Shown one piece after another: positions 33,374 to 46,519 of a DNA stretch of 64,000 nucleotides. This DNA is from Carpediemonas membranifera BICM (Eukaryota > Protista > Fornicata), in the NCBI GenBank assembly GCA_019828565.1, contig JAHDYR010000053.1, forward strand, positions 34,114 through 98,113. Reading direction: 5' to 3'. Numbering within the stretch: the stretch's first letter is position 1; the number at the start of each line of letters is the position of its first letter. The notes below the pieces were generated by a model. It did no database searches. It was not told the origin of the DNA and worked only from the letters and a program-made list of their open reading frames with translations. The translations under genes were made by a program, and so were the position numbers.

Positions 33374-36300
33374 TTAGTGGGAGAGGCCCAAATCCTCTGC
33401 TGCAGCATGTGCTGCGTCGCATTGCTTGATAAACGCTGCATATGTGTGCACTTGCCCTCTCATGCATGCCAAGAAAGCGTTATCAGCCATCTCGCGGACC
33501 TGCTCAGCCTTAAGACCAAGTTCATCGCGCAAATCGTCCGTCCAGCCCCCTTCCGTGCACTCTTCCAACGTCACCGTTGTGAAGCGTCACCGCGGGTATG
33601 AGCTTGACGTCCCAGTTGGAGTACTGGGCGCGCTTGCTCGTCATGGCCTGAGACACGTGGTTGCTGACGACGTTGTCAATGACGATTGCCTTCACGCCAG
33701 GTTTCGTGAGGAGGATGTCCGCCCGCGCCTTCATAGGCTTGGTCCGGTCAATGGTCCACTCACTGGCCTTGTTCAACCACACCTCGGACTGGACTCTCCA
33801 GTCATAACCCTTCAGGTCTCTCACCAGCCCGTCCTTGATAGCGTTGTGACGCTCGTCGTCCAGGCCTCCACGGAGGCATGGGCAGCACAGGGTGTGAGTA
33901 GCGTTGCACACAACGGACTGGTGGTTCACGGTGCGTGCCCTGCAGAGAGGGCAGACGTCAAATCCGGGCGTGAATGCGGGGAGGCCCAGGTGATTGCGGA
34001 AGATGGGGGCAACAGCGGCATCGGTTACCGAGCGCCCAAGAGAGGTCGGGTCGACCATCATGAACGACCGAACGACGTTGGGCGAGACGGCGGCACTCAC
34101 AGAGAGCTTGGTGGCAATAGATTCCTCAACGAGGCGAACCAAGTTCTTCTGCGTGTGGTCGGCGTCAAGAGCCCTCACATCGTCCAAGCCACTAGGCCAG
34201 TTCGACGGCGTGTTGAGCTGGGGCGGGAGACACTTGATGGCACCCGTCACGCTGTCAGGTGAGCGTGTAACACCCAGCCCTGCCAGTTGTCTCGTGGCCG
34301 CGAGGAACGCGGGAGCCCACACGACTGATGGCATTGCCAGCGCAAGCCCGCGTCTTTCGACCGGCATACTCAGGCGGAGAGCAAAGTCGTCATCGACCTC
34401 AGCCTCGCTCGACAGGATTCGGAGGATGGCCGGGACCGCCTCTTTCTTCTCAAATCCGAGCTCAGCCTCGTAGAGACCGTTGCCGACTCCACCCGTTGCG
34501 GGGGGAACGTTACGGAAGAAGTGCTCCCACTTTGTGAGCGCACAATACTTCGCAATGATCAACGCAGGGGCAGTTGCCTCCGGCCCCTCCTTGGCCACCA
34601 TCTCTCCGGCAGCGTTAAGGAGTTGCATCACGCGACTGTTGACCTTGGCCAACTCACCCATCGCATGAGCAGCGGACCCAACCGGAACGCCCACGAGGTT
34701 TAGGCTGCGTCTTCTTGGGACGCCTCCCGAGGTGTTGCCGTCGGTAACGTCTCTGTGCGCCACAACGCACTTCGACTTGTTGAGCCGCAGGCCGACTTCG
34801 AGGAACTTCTCCCTCGCGATCTCGACAAGGTTGTTAGCCTCTCGGCCGACACCGGGCGTCTGCAAAGGCCGATCAGTCGTGGCGACTAGATCGTCTTGGT
34901 ACGCTTGGAGGTGCCAACCCGGGAACGCCTCGCGCAGAACGTCCAGAATGGGCTTGATGCCCAGGCTGAACAGAATAGGGGACAGGGGATCTCCTTGATG
35001 TATGCCCTCAGCTGACCTCATCACTCCTCCTGACGTGGAGAATAGGAGCCCTTGGCGATACATCGTAGACAGGTAGGGCATGAGAGCAGGCATGTAAGCG
35101 CGTACCACGTCGAACATGAACGCCCTAGATAGGCATCCATAAGCGTTCGATAAGTCGAGGGAGACAACAGTTCCTCCCTCCTCGTAGACCCTGGTCACGC
35201 TGTCACTCAGCCTCTCCAGGCCGCACTTCTCCCCCACCCCATACTGATCCTTGAGGGTCCGGTCGACGTCGACCAGGCGGGCCCTCACAGCCCAGGCGAG
35301 AGCCTTCGCCGCAACCCGCCGAAGCGAGTCCCCGATGGCCACTCCTCGGATCTTCCCAGCCCCCTTGGGGACCGGGACAATGATGCAGTGGCTCAATACC
35401 GCGGTGTAGGTCTCGCCGTTCAGGATGTCCTGTACGATCGGCATCAATGCGGCGATGAGGTCATGTCTGGCCACCTTCGCTGCTATTCTGATATGGAGGA
35501 AGGACAAGCCCGACGGCCCTGGGGCCGCCTCGGCCTTTAGAGCGTGTAGTACAGTCTTGAGGGTCCTAGCGGACACCTCAACTGACTGCAGTGGCTCTGC
35601 GGGGACGTCCTTAAACGGAACATCTGGGCGCAGGCCACTGTAATCCTCCTGCAGTCTCTTCAGCTCTACATCCACCTCCTGTGGTGACAGGCCCGCATCC
35701 TCAGCTACCAGCGCAGTGGCTGCCTTGGACACGAACCCGTGGCGAACCAGTCGCATCACCTTACGCCACTTGGACGGGCGGCGCTTGGGGCCTTTCGATG
35801 CAACCGGCGGTGCGTACAGCGCCTTCGGGTACTCGAGTACCGTCCTCAGGGCCGCGCGCTTCTCGTCCTCGCTCTCCACGAGGGCCACCCGCTTGAGCTT
35901 CTCGATCAGGCCTCTGGCGAATTTCTCGCGTCCCCTCTTGGGGGAGCGATCTTGCCAAGGAAGAGAGCCTGTCCCGGTGGTAGGAACACGTCGGGTCGAT
36001 GGGCTGGGTGAGCGGGAGGGGCAGTCGGGGGGCTTGCGGTGAAGCCCACCGCGGTGACGTGCGCTGCTGCGCTCGGCTGCGATGACAGCTGGCTACCAGG
36101 GGCGTGGACCTCTTCGACAGATGGAAGGAGACTGGCAGGGTCGTTGTTGCCCATCACGTTTCTCCTGATCTCTCGGAAGAATTCGGCCGCCACCGACGGA
36201 GCTGTTTTGGCAGAACGCAGCGGTGTTGCTTTGGGAGTACTGCTAAGAGTAACACCCGCCGCGTCTAAGAGCCGCTTGAAGGAATCTACGATGTCCTTCA

Positions 36301-36601
36301 GTGCTCTCACCGTCAAACGCACAATCTTCTTGTTGTTCACGTCCTTCATCAGCTCGACGATGGCCGCTTCGGAGCACAGCGTATCAAACACTGTCTCTAC
36401 GTTGCACCAACGTGCGTCAATGAACTCAGCATTGACGAATTTCGCGTAGTCGGTACGAACAGTCTGCAGCAGAAGCTGTACGTCCCGAGCAAGCGCGTTT
36501 TCGCGCCAATCGGACGTTATGGAAACTCTCATCGCCATCTGGCCTCCAGGATCAGCCTGGGGCACAGAAAATGACGACATTTCCATTTCGGGAGGGAGCA
36601 T
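33374..36601 (-). mobile_element. Family A retrotransposon, full length (consensus ORF about 1075 aa); homopolymer frameshifts near 33550 and 35942
   Basis: AYQDD, GIHQGDPLSP, CPLC..H..C, RHN, RADI, IDNV and KRAQY. Confidence 0.92.
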
Positions 36602-36818
36602 CGTTTATTGCCTTTTGGACGAACTGTATTGCGAGCGGCGAGGCGCAGCCGAGCTTCGCGAGCCTGAGCGCAGCGAAGACGTCACTCTAGTGGTCAGTAT
36701 GTCGGGTTTGAGGCACTGCTCGCTCCGAAATCTCCCTTTCGACTCTCCACTCAGTCACAACGAACGCGAACGCGAATAACGCGCAGATCACGCTCAAAGT
36801 ACAGAAACAACATCAGTA

Positions 36819-38640
36819 TTAGTGGTTGAGGCCATTAGCCTCAGCTTGACGGTGCGCAGCATCCGCCTGGCGCATGAACGCATGGAACACATGAACTTGC
36901 TGCCGCATACAGGCCATCATGACCGCGTCGGCAATCTGCCCAACAGTTTCGGCATCAAGGCCCAAAACGTCGCGCATCTCATCGGTCCATCCTCTCCCAT
37001 GCACAGCACCAACACCACCACTCTGGCGAACGACCACGGGAATAACCCGGACGTTCCAGTTGGCGTACTGCTCCTTCTTGCTCCGCATAGATGCAGACGC
37101 GTGATTGCTCACCACTACGTCAAGCACAACGGGTTCGGTATGGCCCGGTCTGGTCAAGAGGAGGTCCGCCCGCGCCTTGACCCGTTTGGTCCGGTCCACA
37201 GTCCACTCGCTGCCCCGTCCGAGCCAATGCTCAACTCTTACGCGCCAGGGGTGCCCGCGCAGCAGTTTGGCGAGCGTGTCGCGAATTTGGTCGTGCCGCT
37301 CCGATCCCAGCCCCTCCCTCAGGAAGGGACAGGTAAGAGAATGCTCGGCTGAGCAGGGGACAGACCGGTGGTTAACACTACGGGCCAGGCATAGCGGACA
37401 GACGTCGTGGCCTGTCTCAAAGGCAGGAAGGCCGACATGGTTGCGAAGCATCGGTGCAGCACCCTCGTCACAGGGGTTACGACCCATAGCGGCTGCATCA
37501 GCCGCGAGTAGAGACCTGATCACGTTTGGCGAGTCGACTGAAACAGTCAGTTGGCTGGAAATGTTATCCTGCAGGAGGCGTACCAACTTCTTCTGCGTGC
37601 TCTCGAGTGAGAGCTTTCTGACATCGCCATATGATGTCGGCCAATCCTTGGGCGTCGCGGCGAGAGCCGGGATGCATGGCAGTGCGTCTTGGATGAGAGC
37701 CTCGGGCCTTTCGACCTTCAGCTCTATGAGTTGTCGTGCGGCACCCAGATAGGCTGGGGCCCACACAACAGAGGGCATGGCCAATCCGAGCCCGCCTTGA
37801 CTGACCGGCAGACAGAGCCTTGCGGCGAAGTCCTTGTCAGTCTCTGCGCTGGACTGGAGCAGCTTCAGGATGGCGGGGACCACCTTCTGCTGTTCGAAGT
37901 CCAGTTGCGACTCGAACATGTCACCCCCGCCCGGCGAAACATTGCGGAAGAAGTGCTCCCACTTGGTGAGGGCACACAGTTTCGTCACTAGGAGGGCAGG
38001 GGCGACGGCTTCCGCGCCAATGTCAGAGACCATCGATGCAGCAGCGTCAAGCAGCTCCATAACCTTGCGGTTAGCAGAGCCTAGCTCCCGCATGATGTGC
38101 GTGGCGGAGCCGATTGGAACACCAACCAGCTTGGTATCGCGTCTCCGTGGGACGCCACCAGTTGTGTTGCCGTCAACGACATCCTTATGGGCTAGCACGC
38201 ACTTGGCACGGTTGAGGCGGAGGCCAACCTCGTTGAACTTCTGAGCGGCGAGTTCTGTGAGATTGTTGGCCTCACGGCCGACCCCAGGCGACTGTAGCGG
38301 GCGGGTAGTGGTGGCTACAATGTCATCCTGGTAGGCACGGATGCACCACCCAGGGAAAGCCTCGCGCAAGACGTCCAGAATGGGCTTAACGCCTAAGCTG
38401 AAAAGAATTGGCGAGAGCGGGTCCCCTTGGTGAATGCCTTCGGCCGACCTCATGGTGATGCCGGAGGTAGAGAAAAGTAAGCCCCGTCGGTACATGGTCG
38501 ACAGGTATGGGATGAGCGCCGGCATGTAGGCCGCCACCACCTTCATGGCGAAGGCCCTCGACAAGCATCCATAGGCGTTGGAAAGGTCGAGTGTGAGCAC
38601 TGTACCGCCACTTCGGTAGACTGCACTCGGGAGGGAGCAA
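36819..38640 (-). pseudogene. Family B unit with about 1.4 kb internal 5' deletion
   Basis: Junction ctgcac-tc-gggaggg at 38627-38628 removes the start codon and the N-terminal part of the RT. Confidence 0.9.
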
Positions 38641-38858
38641 ACTTTTATGTAATCAACGACAAACTGTCTAGCGAGCGGCGAGGCGCAGCCGAGCTTCGCG
38701 AGCCTGAGCGCAGCGAAGCAGTTTGAGGCTATGGGGTGCGTCGGGGTCCTCCGTCGCTCCATCCAGTGAGTCGCTGGCGAGTCAACAAAACCAACAAGAA
38801 CACTCTGAAGCGCTCTGCACGAGCCGATTGCTACACCAATATCAGAATTGAGTAACAA

Positions 38859-39231
38859 TTAGTGGGAGAGGCCCAAATCCTCTGCTGCAGCATGTGCTGC
38901 GTCGCATTGCTTGATGAACGCTGCATATGTGTGCACTTGCCCTCTCATGCACAATCTTCTTGTTGTTCACGTCCTTCATCAGCTCGACGATGGCCGCTTC
39001 GGAGCACAGCGTATCAAACACTGTCTCTACATTGCACCAACGTGCGTCAATGAACTCAGCATTGACGAATTTCGCGTAGTCGGTACGAACAGTCTGCAGC
39101 AGAAGCTGTACGTCCCGAGCAAGCGCGTTTTCGCGCCAATCGGACGTTATGGAAACTCTCATCGCCATCTGGCCTCCAGGATCAGCCTGGGGCACAGAAA
39201 ATGACGACATTTCCATTTCGGGAGGGAGCAT
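38859..39231 (-). pseudogene. Mini-A unit, second copy
   Basis: Same deletion junction as 5754-6126. Confidence 0.92.
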
Positions 39232-39448
39232 CGTTTATTGCCTTTTGGACGAACTGTATTGCGAGCGGCGAGGCGCAGCCGAGCTTCGCGAGCCTGAGCG
39301 CAGCGAAGACGTCACTCTAGTGGTCAGTATGTCGGGTTTGAGGCACTGCTCGCTCCGAAATCTCCCTTTCGACTCTCCACTCAGTCACAACGAACGCGAA
39401 CGCGAATAACGCGCAGATCACGCTCAAAGTACAGAAACAACATCAGTA

Positions 39449-42400
39449 TTAGTGGTTGAGGCCATTAGCCTCAGCTTGACGGTGCGCAGCATCCGCCTGG
39501 CGCATGAACGCATGGAACACATGAACTTGCTGCCGCATACAGGCCATCATGACCGCGTCGGCAATCTGCCCAACAGTTTCGGCATCAAGGCCCAAAACGT
39601 CGCGCATCTCATCGGTACATCCTCTCCCATGCACAGCACCAACACCACCACTCTGGCGAACGACCACGGGAATAACCCGGACGTTCCAGTTGGCGTACTG
39701 CTCCTTCTTGCTCCGCATAGATGCATACGCGTGATTGCTCACCACTACGTCAAGCACAACGGGTTCGGTATGGCCCGGTCTGGTCAAGAGGAGGTCCGCC
39801 CGCGCCTTGACCCGTTTGGTCCGGTCCACAGTCCACTCGCTGCCCCGTCCGAGCCAATGCTCAACTCTTACGCGCCAGGGGTGCCCGCGCAGCAGTTTGG
39901 CGAGCGTGTCGCGAATTTGGTCGTGCCGCTCCGATCCCAGCCCCTCCCTCAGGAAGGGACAGGTAAGAGAATGCTCGGCTGAGCAGGGGACAGACCGGTG
40001 GTTAACACTACGGGCCAGGCATAGCGGACAGACGTCGTGGCCTGTCTCAAAGGCAGGAAGGCCGACATGGTTGCGAAGCATCGGTGCAGCACCCTCGTCA
40101 CAGGGGTTACGACCCATAGCGGCTGCATCAGCCGCGAGTAGAGACCTGATCACGTTTGGCGAGTCGACTGAAACAGTCAGTTGGCTGGAAATGTTATCCT
40201 GCAGGAGGCGTACCAACTTCTTCTGCGTGCTCTCGAGTGAGAGCTTTCTGACATCGCCATATGATGTCGGCCAATCCTTGGGCGTCGCGGCGAGAGCCGG
40301 GATGCATGGCAGTGCGTCTTGGATGAGAGCCTCGGGCCTTTCGACCTTCAGCTCTATGAGTTGTCGTGCGGCACCCAGATAGGCTGGGGCCCACACAACA
40401 GAGGGCATGGCCAATCCGAGCCCGCCTTGACTGACCGGCAGACAGAGCCTTGCGGCGAAGTCCTTGTCAGTCTCTGCGCTGGACTGGAGCAGCTTCAGGA
40501 TGGCGGGGACCACCTTCTGCTGTTCGAAGTCCAGTTGCGACTCGAACATGTCACCCCCGCCCGGCGAAACATTGCGGAAGAAGTGCTCCCACTTGGTGAG
40601 GGCACACAGTTTCGTCACTAGGAGGGCAGGGGCGACGGCTTCCGCGCCAATGTCAGAGACCATCGATGCAGCAGCGTCAAGCAGCTCCATAACCTTGCGG
40701 TTAGCAGAGCCTAGCTCCCGCATGATGTGCGTGGCGGAGCCGATTGGAACACCAACCAGCTTGGTATCGCGTCTCCGTGGGACGCCACCAGTTGTGTTGC
40801 CGTCAACGACATCCTTATGGGCTAGCACGCACTTGGCACGGTTGAGGCGGAGGCCAACCTCGTTGAACTTCTGAGCGGCGAGTTCTGTGAGATTGTTGGC
40901 CTCACGGCCGACCCCAGGCGACTGTAGCGGGCGGGTAGTGGTGGCTACAATGTCATCCTGGTAGGCACGGATGCACCACCCAGGGAAAGCCTCGCGCAAG
41001 ACGTCCAGAATGGGCTTAACGCCTAAGCTGAAAAGAATTGGCGAGAGCGGGTCCCCTTGGTGAATGCCTTCGGCCGACCTCATGGTGATGCCGGAGGTAG
41101 AGAAAAAGTAAGCCCCGTCGGTACATGGTCGACAGGTATGGGATGAGCGCCGGCATGTAGGCCGCCACCACCTTCATGGCGAAGGCCCTCGACAAGCATC
41201 CATAGGCGTTGGAAAGGTCGAGTGTGAGCACTGTACCGCCACTTCGGTAGACTGCACTCACCTCCTCTCCCAACCTCTCCAAGCCGCACTTCTCACCTAC
41301 TCCGAACTGGTCCTTCAGGGCACGATCGACGTCAACCAGCCGCTTACGGACGGACCAGGCGAGTGCCTTTGCCGCCACACGGCGAATAGAGTCGCCGATC
41401 GCGACCCCTCGGACCTTCCCTTCACCTTTCGGCACAGGGACGAGAATGCAATGACTGAACACATCAGTGTAAGCTTCTCCGTTCAGGATGTCCTGAACCA
41501 GCGGGAGCAGAGCCTGGACTAGTTCGCGCCTTGATGTCTTGTAGGCGATCTTCAGGTGAAGGAACGATAGCCCGGAGGGCCCCGGGGCCGCCTCAGACTT
41601 GAGTGTGTTGAGGATGGTCTTCAGAGTCTTAGAGGAAACTTCGACACACTGCAGGGGGTTCTCGGGGACGTCTCGCATGGGGACGTCGGGACAAAGCCCG
41701 TTGAACCCAACCTGGAGGTCCCGCAGTTGAGCGTCGATTTCAGTCGGTGTCAGGTCAGTCTCATTGGCTACCATGGACGTGGCGGCCTTCGAGACAAACC
41801 CGTGGCGAATCAGGTTCAGCGTCCGACGCCACTTGCTCGCGCTAGCGCGTCGTCCGCCTCGGTCCGACGGCGGTGCGTACAGCGTCTTGGGGTAGTCTAC
41901 AACCTTAAGAGCCTCAGCCCGCTTGGCGTCGTCACCTGTCGCGTTGTTCACCTCCCTCAATCGTTCAATAAGGCCTCGTGTGAACTTCTCGCGCCCGCGC
42001 TTGGGCGGAGCGATCTTTCCGAGGAACAAGGCCTGACCCGGGGGAAGGAAGACATCGGGTCGATGAGCAGGGGTAGTGGGAGGTGCTGATGGCGGGGTTA
42101 GGGGGAAACCAACCGCCGAAACGTGAGCTGCCGTGTCTGCCTGGACCTCTTCGTCAACAGGCTGCGATGACAGACCCTCGTCGTCCGTCGCGATCTCTAC
42201 TACAGAGGGAGGGACATTTGCAGCGGTCTCTGGACGCATAGCGTTGTCTCGTATCGTGCAGGCGATAATCGCAATGGACTTGGGGGCTGTGTTTGCAGAA
42301 CGCAACGAAGTTGCCGTTGGCAGCGCCTGTGTGGTGATGCTGTGGGCCTTAAGGAGGTCCTTGAAGCTGTCAGCAATCGCCTTCAGGGCTTTCACGGTAA

Positions 42401-42671
42401 AGCGTACGATGTGTTTGTTCTGGACGTCGCGCATGAGCTCGACAACCGCAGTTTCAGAGCACAATGTGTTGAACACCGTGTCCGTATCACACCACAGTCT
42501 GTCAATTAGGCTTATGTCGACGAACTTCGCGTAGGTGCTATGAACTTCGGTAAGAAGAGCACGAACATCCTCGGCGAAGACGCTTTCGCGCCATACGAGT
42601 CTCGTACGTCGTCGAGTCACCATCTGGCCTCCAGGATCAGCCTGGGGCACAGAAAATGACGACATTTCCAT
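39449..42671 (-). mobile_element. Family B unit, full length, one frameshift in the A run near 41105
   Basis: gaaaaagt here versus gaaaagt in the other copies. Confidence 0.93.
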
Positions 42672-42904
42672 TTCGGGAGGGAGCAAACTTTTATGTAATC
42701 AACGACAAACAGTCTAGCGAGCGGCGAGGCGCAGCCGAGCTTCGCGAGCCTGAGCGCAGCGAAGCAGTTTGAGGCTATGGGGTGCGTCGGGGTCCTCCGT
42801 CGCTCCATCCAGTGAGTCGCTGGCGAGTCAACAAAACCAACAAGAACACTCTGAAGCGCTCTGCACGAGCCGATTGCTACACCAATATCAGAATTGAGTA
42901 ACAA

Positions 42905-44788
42905 TTAGTGGGAGAGGCCCAAATCCTCTGCTGCAGCATGTGCTGCGTCGCATTGCTTGATGAACGCTGCATATGTGTGCACTTGCCCTCTCATGCATGC
43001 CAAGAAAGCGTTATCAGCCATCTCGCGGACCTGCTCAGCCTTAAGACCAAGTTCATCGCGCAAATCGTCCGTCCAGCCCCTTCCGTGCACTCTTCCAACG
43101 TCACCGTTGTGAAGCGTCACCGCGGGTATGAGCTTGACGTCCCAGTTGGAGTACTGGGCGCGCTTGCTCGTCATGGCCTGAGACACGTGGTTGCTGACGA
43201 CGTTGTCAATGACGATTGCCTTCACGCCAGGTTTCGTGAGGAGGATGTCCGCCCGCGCCTTCATAGGCTTGGTCCGGTCAATGGTCCACTCACTGGCCTT
43301 GTTCAACCACACCTCGGACTGGACTCTCCAGCCATAACCCTTCAGGTCTCTCACCAGCCCGTCCTTGATAGCGTTGTGACGCTCGTCGTCCAGGCCTCCA
43401 CGTAGGCATGGGCAGCACAGGGTGTGAGTAGCGTTGCACACAACGGACTGGTGGTTCACGGTGCGTGCCCTGCAGAGAGGGCAGACGTCAAATCCGGGCG
43501 TGAATGCGGGGAGGCCCAGGTGATTGCGGAAGATGGGGGCAACAGCGGCATCGGTTACCGAGCGCCCAAGAGAGGTCGGGTCGACCATCATGAACGACCG
43601 AACGACGTTGGGCGAGACGGCGGCACTCACAGAGAGCTTGGTGGCAATAGATTCCTCAACGAGGCGAACCAAGTTCTTCTGCGTGTGGTCGGCGTCAAGA
43701 GCCCTCACATCGTCCAAGCCACTAGGCCAGTTCGATGGCGTGTTGAGCTGGGGCGGGAGACACTTGATGGCACCCGTCACGCTGTCAGGTGAGCGTGTAA
43801 CACCCAGCCCTGCCAGTTGTCTCGTGGCCGCGAGGAACGCGGGAGCCCACACGACTGATGGCATTGCCAGCGCAAGCCCGCGTCTTTCTACCGGCATACT
43901 CAGGCGGAGAGCAAAGTCGTCATCGACCTCAGCCTCGCTCGACAGGATTCGGAGGATGGCCGGGACCGCCTCTTTCTTCTCAAATCCGAGCTCAGCCTCG
44001 TAGAGACCGTTGCCGACTCCACCCGTTGCGGGGGGAACGTTACGGAAGAAGTGCTCCCACTTTGTGAGCGCACAATACTTCGCAATGATCAACGCAGGGG
44101 CAGTTGCCTCCGGCCCCTCCTTGGCCACCATCTCTCCGGCAGCGTTAAGGAGTTGCATCACGCGACTGTTGACCTTGGCCAACTCACCCATCGCATGAGC
44201 AGCGGACCCAACCGGAACGCCCACGAGGTTTAGGCTGCGTCTTCTTGGGACGCCTCCCGAGGTGTTGCCGTCGGTAACGTCTCTGTGCGCCACAACGCAC
44301 TTCGACTTGTTGAGCCGCAGGCCGACTTCGAGGAACTTCTCCCTCGCGATCTCGACAAGGTTGTTAGCCTCTCGGCCGACACCGGGCGTCTGCAAAGGCC
44401 GATCAGTCGTGGCGACTAGATCGTCTTGGTACGCTTGGAGGTGCCAACCCGGGAACGCCTCGCGCAGAACGTCCAGAATGGGCTTGATGCCCAGGCTGAA
44501 CAGAATAGGGGACAGGGGATCTCCTTGATGTATGCCCTCAGCTGACCTCATCACTCCTCCTGACGTGGAGAATAGGAGCCCTTGGCGATACATCGTAGAC
44601 AGGTAGGGCATGAGAGCAGGCATGTAAGCGCGTACCACGTCGAACATGAACGCCCTAGATAGGCATCCATAAGCGTTCGATAAGTCGAGGGAGACAACAG
44701 TTCCTCCCTCCTCGTAGACCCTGGTCACGCTGTCACTCAGCCTCTCCAGGCCGCACTTCTCCCCCACCCCATACTGATCCTTGAGGGT
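42905..44788 (-). mobile_element. Family A unit, 3' part, interrupted by giant element 2
   Basis: Identity to A stops at ttgagggt (44788). Confidence 0.93.
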
Positions 44789-45251
44789 CATACTGTAAGA
44801 ATGGCTAGAGTCTCCCGGGAGATACCCTGGAGATACTCCAAAAAGTGCAAGAAAAAATGAGATTCACTAGAATCTGTTTCACATTTCACATATTTCACAA
44901 GAATATGTGAAATGAGAAGCAAAGCTAGTGAATGTCATTTTTACTTGTCCCTCATCGTCTGTATGGCATCTATAAACAAATCGCGTATCTCTTGCAGCAG
45001 AAACTCTGTGTCATTCACCCTTTTGTTGATTTCTTCTTCCTTTCGCAAGCCCTGAGCAGTTTTTCGGATTATTTTGTAAGAATCTTGTACTTTGGCAACT
45101 TCCACGAGCCCTGACGTTACCGTTTCTACCTTTTGGTGGCTAGTTGCTCGAATCATGATCGACAAATGTCGCAGTTTTAGGTATTGTCAATGCCAGGAGT
45201 CTACGTAAATAGACAAATGTAACAACGTAAACAGCTTGGATAGAAATTCTC

Positions 45252-46476
45252 ATGAATTCAGAAGTGTCTGTACCAGAACCTATTGCTGCTACGCCCCCCA
45301 TCAGACAGTATGGCAACAGTAAGCTCGCAAATCTCCGTCGTTCATTTGTTACAGCCGTTGTTTCTTCAGTATTTGAGGACGACGAGGCAACTGACCTCGG
45401 CTTGAGTGCACGCGACATCCATAAGGTACTTCTGGAGGTCCAGCGCAGGGTCGCCGCCGAATGCCCTGGGTTCAAGTCAATTGAACTCCGGGAACAGGTC
45501 AGGCGGACGACTGTTGTCGGCGTTACTACGTTTATAACAGCAGTTAGACCCTCTGCGGAGTACAATGGCTCTGTCATGCAGCACATTGCTGTCCGTAGTC
45601 AGCCCTGCCATGCCGAGTTCCGCCAGATGCTCTCAGAAGTTCTCTCAGATGCTGGACTGAACGATGTTTCCGACTCAATCAGCCTTGAGAACTTGCCTGT
45701 GATCAACCGGGTGAGATATAAGCCTGTCAAGCAAAAAGGCAACGGTCAAATCGACCCCGACTACGATGATCAAGGCAGAGATCCCACCGATACGGTCGAC
45801 TACGCAACTGTCTTCACTTGGTGTTGGTGATGAAGCAGACACACCTCAGTCAACGACAGATCGATCGGTGCCGGTTCGGAAGAAGATCGTCTTTGACGAC
45901 GAGGAAGCCAAGCGACCCAGGCTTGGTGACGACGATCTGCAGCAGGTGTCTAACAACGTGTCCGATGCTGTTGTTGACCGTATTAAGGTCCTGATCAACG
46001 ACGTTGTCTCAGAGACCCGTGTGAGAGACCCGCCTACCGAACCCGAGACATGTAAGACGACTTTCCTTAGCCTTCATCAGCGCAAAATGCTATTTGGATG
46101 TCTTGTGTGTGGTACCCCCGAGTGGTTCTTCAATCCAGACGGCACTACGTTCAGGAGATGCTGTGCTTGCAAAGGTTTCCTGCACGAGCAATGTGTCAGG
46201 ACGAAGGGCAAGAAGGACTACTGTCCCGCGTGCTATATTACCGGCTCTAGCAACAAGTGCCAGGCGTGCAAAAAGGGCCTAAGATCCAAGAACACGAAGA
46301 AAGCAGAAGAACAGGCTTCTACTCTTCTTTGCTGCCGAGGCTGTCACTGGTGGTACTGTGAGCATTGCTCTGAGGAAGTGCAGTACACCATTGATGGCAA
46401 GTTGTACATCGTTCCCCTCTGCAGCAAATGTAAGGTTGTCTATAAGCGAGTAGAGGGCATGAGACCGATTGTTTAG
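45252..46476 (+). CDS. PHD-like zinc-finger protein (two frames)
   Basis: CLVC..CCACKGFLHEQC..CPAC plus a second Cys cluster; homolog of 27442-28725. Confidence 0.7.
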
Positions 46477-46519
46477 TGTTTAGTGAGAGATGATCATAAA
46501 TTGTATATATATCTGTTTA

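Noticed and set aside
33540-41110. Programmed frameshifting or true pseudogenisation of the RT copies
   Set aside because: The indels are in homopolymers and differ from copy to copy, so sequencing error is at least as likely.
44770-44776. CATACTG in the target 19 bp before element 2, as a targeting signal or alternative end
   Set aside because: It is ordinary family A sequence, and no equivalent lies at the element 1 site.
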